In this document: piece after piece, positions 48,144 to 61,800 of the stretch
How positions within the stretch are numbered: the first letter of the stretch is position 1
How the letters are laid out: each line of letters opens with the position of its first letter
Assembly: GCA_964199315.1 (NCBI GenBank)
Contig: OZ116704.1
Coordinates: 29,078,001-29,142,000 of the forward strand
DNA length: 64,000 bases
Source of the DNA: Orbicella franksi
Lineage: Eukaryota
Reading direction: 5' to 3'
The notes under the pieces: generated by a model
The model's input: the letters and a program-made list of their open reading frames with translations, nothing else
Told to the model about the DNA's origin: nothing
The model's database searches: none
Translations under genes and position numbers: made by a program

Positions 48144-50271
48144 TCATGTTCCAAGGGAGGAAGACTGGTGACCAACGTGTTGAAACAGCTCCTTTGTCCA
48201 AGTATTGCTTTTATCGTCCAATATACTCATTCCACCTCGCGATTGAAGATAAATATACAGCAGCCAATCACATGGCATTTCATTGTAAAACTGTTCTAAA
48301 TACCTGCCAATTAATCGCAAATCGTCGTCGCGGATAAGTTTTCCTATAAAACCCCATCTGGAGAAAGCCAATATACCCCATTGTTTGCCGGCTCTGAGGT
48401 TGATAAATTCCCTTATTTGACTCAAAGCATTCTGCATAACCGTAACGTCATCTTCAAGATGGAGATAATACTGGGCCAGGCCTTGACTGTAATAAAACAT
48501 AAATACATAGTCCATAGCCTGCTTAGAACGCCAATGCATTCTGTCTGGACCGTCGTCAAGGGTCGATTGAAGTCCTGTTAGACGAGGGTAGAACGAGGAG
48601 GGAGCTGAAATGACGTGAATTAGATTCATGTCCAAGTATTTACCAAAGTTTGACCGCAGATCTTCCATGACGTTTGTCCGAGCCGACTCTTCTGAGTCGG
48701 CAAGAAAGACGACGATTAAGATATTTTTGAGGTCTTCCTCGGAGCTGCCGTTGATTATGAGTGAGTTTAAAGTTGCCACCAGATAACTTTCGGTCTTGTT
48801 TTTGAAAGTTCTTTGAACTGTGGGAATTCCAATGGTCAGAAAAACTGAAACAGAGAAGATGGCAAATAGAAGAGCATTCGCACATAAAAAAATAAAATAC
48901 TTGCCGTTCGTTTAGCTTAACCATCCGAGTGTGAGGCATTTAATGAGAAAGACTGTTATAGATGGACTGAACATTTTGTAGCCCAAGGAATGCAGGGAAG
49001 ACACACAGGCCGCTAAGTTTCCCGCCAAAATCTGACTGCAGTTATATAAACCCACCCAAAAACCCTAAATGTTCCGAGGCTTTGCAAGCTTAACACTGAC
49101 AACTAAGATTTTACGGTAATGGTTACGGTAAAACTTTTGAATGGACCAGAATAACAATGGCAAAGTAAGTACCTTTTTTCGTGAGTGGTTTTCCTATTTC
49201 TCTGACGCTAGTTTTAGTGATGATTTCTCCACCTTTTGAACATGACACAAAGTCATCCAGACTGGCTGTTTGGGCACTCTCACCTTAAAAAACGTACATG
49301 AAAAGCATGGTAAAAGATGCACCGAGAAATGGAAATAAAGCCATCCATAAGGACGACGAAAGGCCATTTCCAAGTTGCCTTTTGTCGCTGTGTCAAAGCG
49401 AGTCTTCGTACGAAACATTCATATGAAAATGTGTTCCGCGTACAGGTTTATTTTCATGTAAATCATACTACTTTCATTTGAAAGGTTTTTGCACGAGGAC
49501 TCGTTATTAAACCGAGGCACAAGGTAAAGCTCTGAGATGGCCTATTGCTACCATACAGACTTATTGTTAAATCTCTTACGACGGTCGTAACGCTACAGTG
49601 CTGACAAAAAGCGAAAAATACTATCGTCTCACGTAGTGCAGTAAAAAAGAAACAAGAAAGTATGTAAAAACTATGTAAAAAGTATGCAAGCAATGGTAGG
49701 TAGTGCTAGCAGGAGTAAAGTTGGGCTCATCCTTTTTCTGATTGGCTAAAACTTGCAAGTGCGTCTGTTCAATCATAATAAGAGTATATCGCATTGTGAT
49801 TGAAATATTGATATTAACCGCGGGAAAAGTCGCGAACCCAATTCACCGTTGGCTTGGTTTCGCATCTGATTGGTTGAGAAGACGTGAAGTTTAATCTAAT
49901 TGGTCAAACCTGTTTTGACGAATATATTGAAGTAACAGGAAATCATAAAATAAGCAATCAAAGGCTGCATTTGTCAATCAAATCAAAATCCCATGAAAGT
50001 TGTCTCGGTAGTGTTTGTAAGTTAAAGTACTTACACAGGCTAAGATACTGAAGTTTCCAGTTCAACTGAAGCATTAACATCGCAAGAACAATCAAAAGAA
50101 CATTCTTGAAAGATGAAGTCTTGCCTCTTGAATCGGTAAGAAACAACTTTAACTAGAAGGAATGAAGCAAACACATAAGTTTGATGACTGAGGAAACCGC
50201 AGAATAAGCAGACAAAAATATTTCGGTGCTTGTCAGTAGTATTGCTTACGTACCTTAACAATCCATCTCAT
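48144..50271 (-). CDS. MGAT4-family (GT54) alpha-1,3-mannosyl-glycoprotein 4-beta-GlcNAc transferase-like protein, about 315 aa
   Basis: Exons 50271-50254 (MRWIVK, least certain), 50152-50035 (TM), 49283-49173 and 48844-48144. Motifs: LTIGIPTVQR..SYLVATLNSL, WRSKQAMDY, YYLHLEDDV, FSRWGFIGKL, PCDWLL, LFQHVG..SS. Confidence 0.88.
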
Positions 50272-50685
50272 CTTATTGCGATGATTGTTTTCTTGAGTTT
50301 TTCAATCACTAGCCTGTTTATGAAAATACCAAGTACGAGAGAAGTCAAAAAATGTGGTTTGCAGACTACCATGACTAATACCACTTTTAGGTGACAACAT
50401 CTCGTAACGTCAAAGTTGGGCATAAACCCGTTCAAAATCAAGTGTAAGGATGGCTAGATTTGTGGATGGGTTTATGGGTCAAATTCTCTTTAATCTTAAC
50501 ACCACGTGTGACACCATCATAAAATTAAGCTGAAAAGTACCGAAATCCTCGATCAGTCATCAAACTGGGAGCAAAGACTTTTTCCGAAGCATGGCATTTC
50601 GTTCGAGAAGTGGGCATGTTATTTCCCAAGAACGCTTACTGTTCATTTTAGTTGTAGAATAACTGCCTTGTTCAATGAGAGCTTG

Positions 50686-51552
50686 CATAAGCGTACGGGC
50701 ACCTTCGGACTTGGTGGGGGGGGGAGGGGGAGGGACTTTCTTGCCCGAAAAAATTAAGCAACGCCCGAATGTGTGAGTGTTGAAATCGGGATGCAAACGC
50801 ACTCAAATAAATTGCGTGAAAAACAAAAACGTTCACAAAGATAGTTATATTGAAAGCTTGCGTACTCAATGACCTCTATGAACAGTCTCAATCGAGTAAA
50901 ATCGAAAACTTATTAAAAGAAAAAGTTCTTCCTTTCAAGGCGTTCGTTCAGAGATCGGCTGATCAGCAACAGAGACATTTGTGTTTCAAGATGCACAGTT
51001 TGGACGACCGTTACAGAAGCTATCCTATATTCGAGACGAGCGTCTCGACATACTCGAGACGTTCAAAGAACAACATGAGGCATCCATGAATTCAAGCCTT
51101 CCATGAATTCAGAAACCACGTCAATATTATGGTAAACAACATGGACGTACTAGAGAAACACCTCCAAAGAAAAATTCAAGAAAGAAATTAAAACACTCCG
51201 TGGTTAAGACATTCCAAACGGCTCTTTTTAGGGCTTCCACAAAAACAAAAGTCTTAGCTTGGTCTTCGTTCGCTTAGATTCGTGTCCTTGTTTTGTCGAT
51301 AGAAAATTGGGAAAGGAAATAATATCCTTACTGTGGATTTCCACGATACACATTTAAACGACTTGTAGCTACTAAAAATCCTCAGGTCACTTGACGGCCT
51401 ACAGACTCCCAATAGGGCGTCTAATCACAAAGAGATTAATAAAAAAGAAGAAACGTTTTTTTACTAGTTTTGGAAATCACGCCAATAGCTTTATTTTGAC
51501 GCTGATGTTTTCTCTCAAGTGTCGTTGCCCGAATCATGAGCGTTTTGCCCGA

Positions 51553-51594
<42 letters not shown>

Positions 51595-51907
51595 TTACCA
51601 ATTTATATAGCGCATATTTACATATTCTGATCAATAGCGCTTTACAATCACCATAAAAATAAAATAAAATTATAAATTATAAAAATACTTCTTAAAAAAG
51701 ATGTCTTAAGTCGAGATTTAAAACTGTCAAGTGATGTTGCTTGACAAAGCTCTTCAGGTAGGCCATTCCAGAGTTTCGGAGCTGCTGCCGAAAATGATCT
51801 GGCCCCCAATGTTGGAAGCATCTTACCCTTCTTACCCATAATTTCCGTGGCGGGGGGGGGGGGGGGGGCTGCAGCCCTCCTCGCCCTCCTCAACTCGAAC
51901 GCCTATG
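50686..51907. mobile_element. Non-autonomous hAT-like element with a perfect 8-bp target-site duplication
   Basis: TIRs CATAAGCGTACG / CGAACGCCTATG. AGAGCTTG occurs at both 50678-50685 and 51908-51915. Confidence 0.85.
51553..51826 (-). mobile_element. L2/CR1-group LINE 3' fragment nested in the hAT-like element
   Basis: Reverse frame LPTLGARSFSAAAPKLWNGLPEELCQATSLDSFKSRLKT, followed by a 3' UTR and a (TTA)n tail seen as (AAT)~14 at 51553-51594. Confidence 0.85.
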
Positions 51908-52389
51908 AGAGCTTGTGCCAGATATGAAAGGAATTGAGGTCTTTGACAAAGAAATAGAGTAGTTTTCAATTGAGTGTCGTAAAACCAAAACCAAAGTCAT
52001 CGCTCTAGCCAATCACAAAGGACATAGACAATACAGTGAGTCAATAAGACTTGGATTGAATTACGCGGGAAAACGCGTGCGAACGAGTCACGGTTGGCTT
52101 TGGTTTTCCTTCTGATTGGATGAAAAATTGGCGCTAGTGGTTTGAGCCAATCGTGAAGCGTAGTAAGTGCAAAACCAATTACTTTTCCACACTCAAATGA
52201 CAACCAGTCTAAAATTATGTAAGGAGGTATTCACGGCTTGGGAAGCTGCCAGATTTATTAGATCTGTTAAAAGACTGCAGTAACTGAAGCAAAGTGCCAT
52301 GGGGCTTGGAAAAAATGTAAACAAGGGTGATACACCATTCGAACTTCAATGCAGTTATCATTTTGCTACCATTCAACACTTTGTGAATG

Positions 52390-53050
52390 GGAAAATTTCT
52401 CAAGATAATGAGTAAAGTTCAAAACCTCTTCAATGCATGGTCTCTGAGAGAACTCTCACTGTACGATAAAATAACAATTGTCAAGACCTTAGGGCTTTGG
52501 AAACTTGTCTTTGTAAGCGCGTGTATACATACTCTGCTTTCAGTATTATATAGATATGACCATGATAGAAAGAGATTCGCTTATGGGGCCAAAAGAAAGA
52601 GGAATATAAGATTTGCCAGAATTTGACACAATATGTAAAACATTACAAGCTGCTTGGGTTTAAAGTAGGAAGAAAGGCATAGAATATCAATGGATGATAA
52701 TTCCCTAAGATAATTTCGACCTTGATAATGACGCAAAATTTTTAGATCTAGACAAAATAAACTGTACCAGCGTTTTACGCTGACCGCGTTCTTATAAACG
52801 CCTGGGCGGGCGGCCAGAGTCAAATTTCGGGCAGTAGAACCCGTATTGAGAATGTAATTTTATGAAACAATTAGCGTATTATAAGTACACTGGAAAGAGT
52901 GCGAAAGTTTATTAGATGAAAACAATGGATTGCTTACATTTTTAAATGTTAAAACAAGTTCCGTTTGAAGACTGGTCTCTAGGCTTCTTTTAAAAAGCTA
53001 CATGGTTCACTATCGGCTATACTTAAAAAATGGAAGCGTGCTCTCAAACA
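52390..53050 (+). mobile_element. Decayed L1/Tx1-like LINE ORF2 remnant
   Basis: KVQNLFNAWSLRELSLYDKITIVKTLGLWKLVF resembles the region after the RT in L1/Tx1 elements. Downstream frames are disrupted. Confidence 0.55.
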
Positions 53051-55257
53051 GGATCTTCCATCACAGACAATCTTCACTCGGAACAAAAAAATACCTACAG
53101 AAATATATTGCTTTTCAATAGAATTGCTCGCAACTCGCAATAAACTAATTGCTCGCAATTTACCGGCCGTGCCATCCTTTTCTTGTTTACTTAAAAGCTT
53201 GAAAATGTACAGCGTGAATGAAATAATATGATTCTAAGAGAAGGAATACTCTTTACCGACCTCCTGTGGTAAAACTTCTCAACCATATTTGCTCAGTTCA
53301 AATCGAGACTGACGGCTGTCGCGAGGACGAATTGAATCTAAAGCTGTTACTTTTCTCGAGAAAAAAACACCTTAAGGGAAGTTACTTTTTCCTTGCCGAT
53401 ACCACGCACTTAGAACAAATATCTACGTGACGGTGATTCGCAAGAAAAGAAGGAAAAACAAAGTTATCGGATCAAAATTGGATCTATTTGCGGCGATGGC
53501 TTATTCCATATTATCTTACCTTTAGGTCAATGAGTCCAACTCGGTGAAGAAAATGTTAGAGTGCTTTTGTAGACGAGACGTCTTTTTTTTCTCGAAAATT
53601 TACTGATGCCAGGCGATAAAATCAAATGAAAACCGCCGTACAGGAAGAATTAGATAGAAATATTCCTACAGCAGCAGCCTTTAGAAACTTGTCCGGCGGT
53701 TAAGCTAATTTATGCAGATTTAATCTCTGTTTCCAAATAGCAATAAAAGATTTTATGTTTCCATGGGGTTTGCTTGCTTTTTTGCCACGCCGTTGTGAAT
53801 GTTAATTCGTCTCCATTTCCCAAATAAAGAACACAGATTTAACACGGGAATTCTTCACTGTGAAAAGTGCACATGTGCTGAGCGACAAATTAAAATGTTC
53901 GGCGAAGGAAACTGTCCAAATAGCAAAGATTAATTAAAGTCACTTCTGTAGGTTCCGATATTTGTTTTTCCTTTCATTGACAATTTATCACGGTGTGGTA
54001 AGCAGGTCTAAAATTATTCACTACAGCCGCAAGTAGCGCATTAAACAAAACAATAAGAACTTGAATCAAAACCATGTAACCGCTAACAAGCGCGGGATAA
54101 ACGTGGCCAGGAACGCGAATCAAATCACGTGACCAGCATTTGCATGCAGCTGATTGGCTGAGAAAACAGATTCTTTGCCGTGATTGGCTAGAACACCGTC
54201 ACGTTGTACAATAAATCTTTCCACCGTGCCTCAGCGATGTTACCAGCTTGTGAATTCAGCAATATTTAAAAACCTAGATAATGAGTTTCGCGATGCTAGA
54301 TTATTCTGGTTGGTGTTTGTCTTTGTCGTTGAGAAATGCTGATGAAGGAAAACTGAAAACTCAGTTAATTCCATTCTCGTCGCGATAAAATGTCGTTACG
54401 AGTACGGTAGATTTCTCTCTTTGCCGACCCCGTAATTAAGGACTCCGGGAACGACATAAAAACGTCTACCGACCGCAATCACTGCTGTAAAGTGCATGAC
54501 AACACTGTAAAGTCTGCTGACCAGAAAGCAGGTCTTCGTCAAGGCCGCACTAAATGCATGGCGAAGCATCCATTGTTTTCACGCGAAAACCGGAACCGTT
54601 ACCCAAAAGAAGAGGAAAAAGAACATTTTAGCATACCTGACATTTAATCAGACGATAGCTATCTGTAAATTACTTAAGAAAAGAAAGATATCTGAGTGAG
54701 AAAACCTATCATGCAACAACAAGATTGTTGTACGCATGAATACTTTTTAAACGGGTGCCATGTGTGTTTAAGCTGTAATATTTGCCCGTGATCTCACTTA
54801 TTCAGAATCATAATAACGCTTATTCTTATGAAGAAGTATTCTTCTTTATTATTTAGCGTCAAAAGCCGCAGAAACTATAAGAAAAAACGGCCTCTTTTTC
54901 TGTTTGAAGTCAAGACCTTTTTGCCGGTACCTGAGGGAAACGTTTCGCTCCTGACTTGTATTGGTTTAATTTGAAGTGAACAGTTTGGTCATAACGATTA
55001 TGAGGACTTGCCACACAATAGCGGCAAAATGTTATTTGTGTACACACTACAGAAAAACGTGAATGTACATCATCTTTACGGAGTACGCTGTTGTGAAAGA
55101 TCACCTTCGAAGCAACTTCCGGCTCTCTTCAATATAGCGCGACAGTTCATTCGTTGATAGCGACTGGCAAAGCTCACGGAGATTTCGCAGTTAAAAATCA
55201 CAAACAAATCAAGGATTAGCGCTTTCAGCGAAAACTATTGGTCAAGAAATTCAAGTT

Positions 55258-57149
55258 ATGCCATGGAAATGGCCGCGTTGTGGTTTAGGCTGGCTTTGTA
55301 TTCTGTTGATCATCTGTAGTGCCGTTACTGTGATCTCTTCGTATTGTGTAGCTCTCTCACATGGACACATCTACCCGTTCCTTCCAGCGATCAGCGAAAC
55401 TGGAGTTTTGTATCCGGAGAAATACGTTTTCAGGGAGTTAGCTAATTTAACGGCCTTTCTATTCATCTCCAACGCGTTCGTTCGTTTTATGCAGTATAAA
55501 CTTGTGGCTGAGCAGTGTAGAGAGGAACACGTGAAGCTCAATCGCCTTAACAAATTGGCATTTGTAGTCGCCATTTTAGCGGGTGTCGGAATGACTTTCG
55601 TGGCCAACTTTGAAATTGAAAAGGTATGCCAAGAAACTTTTATTATTTTACAGAGAGGCTTCTTATTGACTTGTGTGACAGGATGTTTGAATATTATTTT
55701 GATTAGTGTTTAGAGGTCTTTTGGTTGGGCTATTTTTTTTTTTAAAGAAATTCATTTTACCAGATATCATGTTACGGATTGTATTGAAACATGAACAGGT
55801 AATAAGTAAACAGTAGCCTCTATTTGGCGCGGAAATATGGGCGGATATTTGTCCGCGGACGTTGTCTGTTCCGAGAAGCGAACAGTTTTCTGAGAGCGTG
55901 GCTCGAGGAAAACTATGAGCTTTATAGAACAGATAATGTCCAAGGACAAATATCCGCACATATTTTATTTTCGCGCCATTGTGCAGTGTTTATCCTTCAA
56001 ATATTTTTTACAACACGTGCAGTTTTGAAAATTGGGGAATAACACTCGGATATGCCCCAGATTTAGCTGGGACATATTCAGTCACGTGACGCGTTTGGAC
56101 CAATCCCACGCAAGCGAAACTTTTTGATGGATTATAATTACTGATATCAAGCCCTAGCTATCTAATCCTACATGAACGACGCTGTGTCAGACCTAATCGC
56201 TACTGCTGTGGATTTCGCCGGATCAACTGAATTCTAGCCTTTAGTTGGGGTTGGGAGAGAGGGGAGATTGTATTGTCTTCCTAGTCAAGACACAGGCTTG
56301 CTCTCACGGTGTCTCCGCTTCCAGGAGTATCAACGGGTACCAGAGAATAGTGCGGCAAACTGGCCAAAATGTCGGTCGGGGTGAGGCTAATGATTTGGTG
56401 GACTGGCAACCCATAAATGGGGGTGGGGCCGGTTGCAACACTCTTGAGAGAGGGGCTTTGGGGGTTGGCCTCTCCTCTTTTTTTATTTTTTGAAAAAGAC
56501 AAACTCTTTCTTATTGGAGTATGAATCCTTTTTATAGGCAAGAAAAGGCCTTTCTTCCCTTTTGAGAAAATCTGTATCTGTTAGTGTTTGATAGAGAACA
56601 GGGGCACTGTGAGCGCATATTGTCCAGCTCAAGAACACAAAGGGGAGGTAGTTTGGATCAAATGTTTCACTTTAGCCATTATGGCTTCATATAGTCCCTT
56701 GAAATCGAGTTGTGACAAGAGTTTGTATATATTTACAGAACTGGTCAGTCCACGACGTCGGTGCCATGACAGCATTTATCAGCGGTCTTTCATACTGTTG
56801 GTTACAATGTGCAATGTCTTACAAGCTTCGAGACCACGGTGTCATCAATAGTTCAGCGGTGTGCCATTCAAGAGCCACGCTCTCTCTCATAATAACTTTC
56901 TGCGTCATGATCTTTGGCGCGTGTCAGGGCAAAGCTAATATGGAATGGGACCGAGTTCGGCCTCGATATCACTTCCTTGCCAAACTCAAGTGGAGTCCTC
57001 AAGATCCCGGATATTTGTACCATGTGATATCCAGCGTGGCCGAATGGAGCATGTGCGGAGGAATGCTTCTGTTTATGTTGACGTTTGCTCAGGAGTTTCA
57101 ACAAATAGAGATAACCTCTGATATCTCGTCCACAGATTATTGGGAATGA
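55258..57149 (+). CDS. DRAM/TMEM150 (Frag1/DRAM/Sfk1) family membrane protein, 258 aa
   Basis: Exons 55258-55623 (donor AAG|gtatgc) and 56739-57149. Six hydrophobic segments, with motifs GHIYPFLPAISETG..YPE, VANF, SVHDVGA, SSVAEW and TFAQEFQ. Confidence 0.9.
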
Positions 57150-58878
57150 TCAAACTGTACTAAAACACGACCCACTTTAAGCTTTTTTTGTTTGCATTCA
57201 CAAGATACATCAAACACTCAAGACAGTGTTTAACTACATTTCCAAACATCTCGAAGTTCGTCAAAAATACTCCGCTACGCGCCGTACTTTCAACTCTCTT
57301 CTCGGTGTTTTGAAATGTGGTCAAACACGGTCTTTCGTGTTTGATATATTACAAGGCTTCATCATGACCTGATACGTTGAATCACAAAAGCGCAAACCAG
57401 CAAGAGTTTTAGTTTTCCAAAAGATAACAAAAGGATGAAAAAGCCGACGTAGTCTTTATATTGCGTTTTACTAAATAACCTTCAATGTGTTCAGTAATTT
57501 TTTTATTCCAAGTTCTTTTACAGAGAAATATCCCGTGAGTGAGTTGACTTCACCAGAAAAACATTTACGATACACATAAGAAATCATTACACAACAGTTT
57601 GATCCCATGCGGAAGTTTCGGAGGGACACAACTGTAAACTTTGACACGCGCGTCACATATAAATGGCGGGAAACAACTGCAAGATGTGTTGTACGCGTCT
57701 CATTTTGGCGGAAAGCAAATAGAACTTTTAATGGATGGGTTTTATTATGGCGGGAAAACGCCACAACGCGTGGCATACGCTTGGGCTCTCCTAATTTCCG
57801 ATCGCTATCATAGAACGGGATGGCAATTAGCTTTGTTAAACTATTATTAAATTTATTTGAGACTTTTTTAAGTGAACAATGTTTTGAAAGATACTGGATA
57901 TAGGCAGTTAGAGTATTGTTTGTATTTTTATTCATGTACGGTTATAACCCTGCTGTTCTGAAGAGGCATTTACGGCCAGTCATTAATGCAGAGGATGGCA
58001 TACCTGTGCTATTCTCAACAGAACTTTCTCACCTCCAAAAAGCAGGAAAAGGAAATTTAATATTTATATTACTTACTACAGGGTATTTTCATTGGACTAA
58101 ATTATCAGTATCCACACCAAAATTAATTTTGTTATCTTCTCTATTTTGATCTTTTAATACTAACGAGCACTTTCGTTCACATTTCTTACTTCTCACGGTG
58201 TACTTTGCAGGATGTTAAGAAATAGTTTCCAGGCACATTTTGTTGTTCAGAGCACTAGGAAATATTGAGTGTGAAAATATTACTTGCGACAGGCCCTTAG
58301 AGTTTTCTAAATCTGATGAGCCTCAAAGACACTCTGTTGATAACGAGCAAGGTGTTTTCAGTTAATTGTCAATTCAATCAATCAGTTTAATTTATTCTAA
58401 AACTAATCCTCCAATCCACCGAGTATTACAAATCCTACCTACATACTACTACAGATAAATCTGGATTTTTTCAGCCAGTTTAAGTTTTCAAAAACTAATT
58501 TCTAACTTGTTTTCAATCTTTCCTTAATCTAGATAATTAGTATTAATTTAGTTCAGCTTCCTATAAATTCGTTGTTTTGCCGTTTAATTAAAGAGCTTGT
58601 TTAATGAGTAAAGGAGGCTCAATTTGGATTTCCCAGTATCAATATTTTTACATCCTGCTTGTTAATCTAATTCCTTTTAAATTTCCTAGTGGTCCCTTTG
58701 AAATAAAATATGAAGACGAGAGATTAAGAACATCCAAAGTTACTTTCAGCTGGCAGTTTTTTAAAAATAAATTTTCACTCCTGAATTTGCTGTTTACATA
58801 ACCTAAGCTGTAGCTGTTCCCACACATTCATCCTCACATATTCTTGTGCCAGTGTCCACAGGTGTGTACATGTATACT

Positions 58879-61800
58879 TTATGACAACATTTCTAACTTG
58901 TACATATCGGTCCTCTTCTGCTGTTGGACTGGAATTTGGGCTCGGACATCTTCCAGATAACTCAGATCTATGAAAGAAATTTAAGACAGTTGCAATAATG
59001 GAGATGCAGAGGCCTCATAGTTAGTGCACTCATCTCCAGATTGAGTGACCCAATGAAGCTTTGACTGAGGACACTGTGATGTGTTCTTGGCAAGACACTT
59101 TACTCTCACAGTGCTTCTCTCCACTCAGGTGTATAAATGGGTACTAGTCAATTAATGCTGGGGGTAACCCTGTGATGGATGAACGTCCCATCCAGGGGTA
59201 AGTAGAGCACTACGAGCAGTCAGTGTCACAGGCAACCCAGGAGGACAATAATGTCCCACAACAGCTTACCTATGTCTGAATAAAGGGTTTGCTCTGTGTG
59301 GTCTGCTTTGGCTATCACCTCACCCCTAAAAAAAGCAAGCAAGACATGATTTAATACAAGATTTGAGCTTTAACCATCTTGAGTGGACTAGTCTCAATCA
59401 ATATTTTTTCCAGCAGAAGGTACACCATGTCAAGAAACAAAATTAACAGACTTGCCATTTGCAAATTATACACGGTCAGTTTGTAGATGTGGTTCTTGCC
59501 AAACAGGTGGTCCTGCTCTAGGAGTAGGAGTAGCTGATTTTTTTCCTTACACAGGTACAGGAGGCATAAAATGGAGAATTTTTTTCTTGTCGTCATGTTC
59601 AGAGTCATTGCCTTAACAAGTCAATGAAGAATTAATGGCATCATTTGCTTTACCATCAAGATCAGTGGGTACCAGGTCGTTTACATCTGGTATATATGCA
59701 GGGTAATTTTTGTTGTCAGTCTTGGCAATTTTTTGTCACTTGAAACTTATGTGATGACCATGATAATGAAAGTACACATTGAGCTGTCATTGTGTAACTA
59801 GTGCAACTAACTACAACTGGGGACAACAATACATTGCACATGAAATACATTGCTGTTGCTTGGAACATATTTCACCTAGTGTCCACTGGTAGTAAGGCTG
59901 ATGGTTTGAATGGTCACTAGACAATCTTGAGTCTGGGATACTTTTCATCCAATCAGAAGCTTTCACAATGACTCACAAAATCTCAACTCTCCATGTCTCA
60001 TTTGTCTCTCTCGCTTTCTTCGATTGTCCAACAAGGGTCTCGGGGTCTTGGATTTTACCAATTGTAACTCCTTGGCTTATTAGACCTAATAAATGGTCCA
60101 AGCCCTTAAATTTGTACTCTGGTCGTGTGAGAGTGGTATAATGTACAAGTCTTAGGTTTAGTGTGACTGTCCATACCATGGATTGACGACAGTGCTGTGT
60201 CCCCAGGCTACATAAGTTGCTTTCTCATCTCTGGCTGGTGATACAGCTGCTACATACAACTACAAAGGACCACACAAGAATTAACAATGCAGCAGTAAAT
60301 ATAGTTCATATAACATGGAATTTTATGTCCGATAATTATTGGATGAAAAGGATATGTTGATTGTCCTAACCTGATTATCCAAGGCCCTGTAAGAGAAAAG
60401 GATGACACTGTTTTATTCATTTCTGATGCTTAAAATCCAACCATATCAGTAATTGCAAAACAAAGTTATTAGACATAAGCTTCTTGGCTACTTTATAGAT
60501 GTGAGATGAAATAAAGTCATATATGAATGTATGCATTGATTTTCCAATTCTCTTTTGATTGAAAATCAAAAGCTTTGGTGAAGGTAAGAGAGTACCTTGC
60601 TCTAATGAGAGGTTCCCAGTGAGCCGGTCCTGTCGTCATGTTAAATGCTCCAGGGTAAAATAATAATTTACAGCCTAAAACAGTAGGATCAGAGTGGCTA
60701 ATGTTAAAAAGGCACACCTCCTTACATTCTACTACACTCCAGGAACTGCTAAGGACTTTGCAATGGTAAATTAACCACCAAAATGTTTAGTACTATTAAG
60801 ACCTGACACTAAAATAAGGGTTTATTTACCTTGCTGAGTGTAAACTTGAGCCATCTCCGGAAATCTCATGTCATAACAGATTCCAATTCCTATTTTACAC
60901 AAAGCTGCCATAAAAATAAACAGGACTTCAGACAAAATGATTACAGGTCAGGATAAAGACAACAACAACAAAATAAAACCATCCTCTAATTATTGAAAGC
61001 CAGAATAAAAACCACTTACAAAGTAGAGTTTTCTTTATAGCAAAACAAATTAAAAACAAAAAACAGAAATAACTGCTCCCTGTTGTTCAAAATTAGCTAT
61101 CTTAATGGACGTAATGTAAAAATTTAATTAATATAGGAATACTCCCTTGTATTGTTTAGCTATAGTATCCTGTTGTTATCTTTTGTAAGAAGTATTTATG
61201 TAAGTAGCTTTTATTATTATTATCATCATTATTATTTTCTTGTATATTGCCAGTGAAATGTAACTTTTTACTTTGTATTATGTGTAAAATGAACTATAAC
61301 TATGTTAATGTGTTGATGATGATTACAAATTGTAAAAAAAAGGGAAAAAAGTTTCTATTTTACATGTGTTCATCATTGTCAGCTGTTTTCCACTGCTCAG
61401 GACTTCTGATTCTTGAAAGCGAATTTTTCCTGGAACATCAATATCAAAGAGATGAACCTACAACAAAATAAATGCAAAATAAAAACCTACCATGTTGTTA
61501 AACTGCTTGAAAGTTGGCTCACATGACTCGCTGGCTTGCACTTTGTGCAGACTATTACAGTAACAGTCTGTACAAAGTGCAAGCCAGTGAGTCATGTGAG
61601 CCAACATGTACCAGTAATCCATTTTGGTTAGCCTGAATAACAGTCTGGTTATGGCCTAAATAGAACCTGGTTAGCCTAAATAGCTTCCCCCTCCAGAACA
61701 AAAAGTTAGCTTAGTTAGCTTGTGGTTAGCCTAAGAGCCAGGGGTATTACTGGCTCCCATGGCTTGCTTGGTGGTTGGTTGCCCATTCTCCTCGTGCCTT

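Noticed and set aside
20857-50271. Three glycosylation-related genes (B4GALNT-like, STELLO-like, MGAT4-like) as a functional glycan cluster
   Set aside because: They are interspersed with unrelated genes, these families are large in invertebrates, and the sequence shows no shared regulation. It would need synteny or co-expression evidence.
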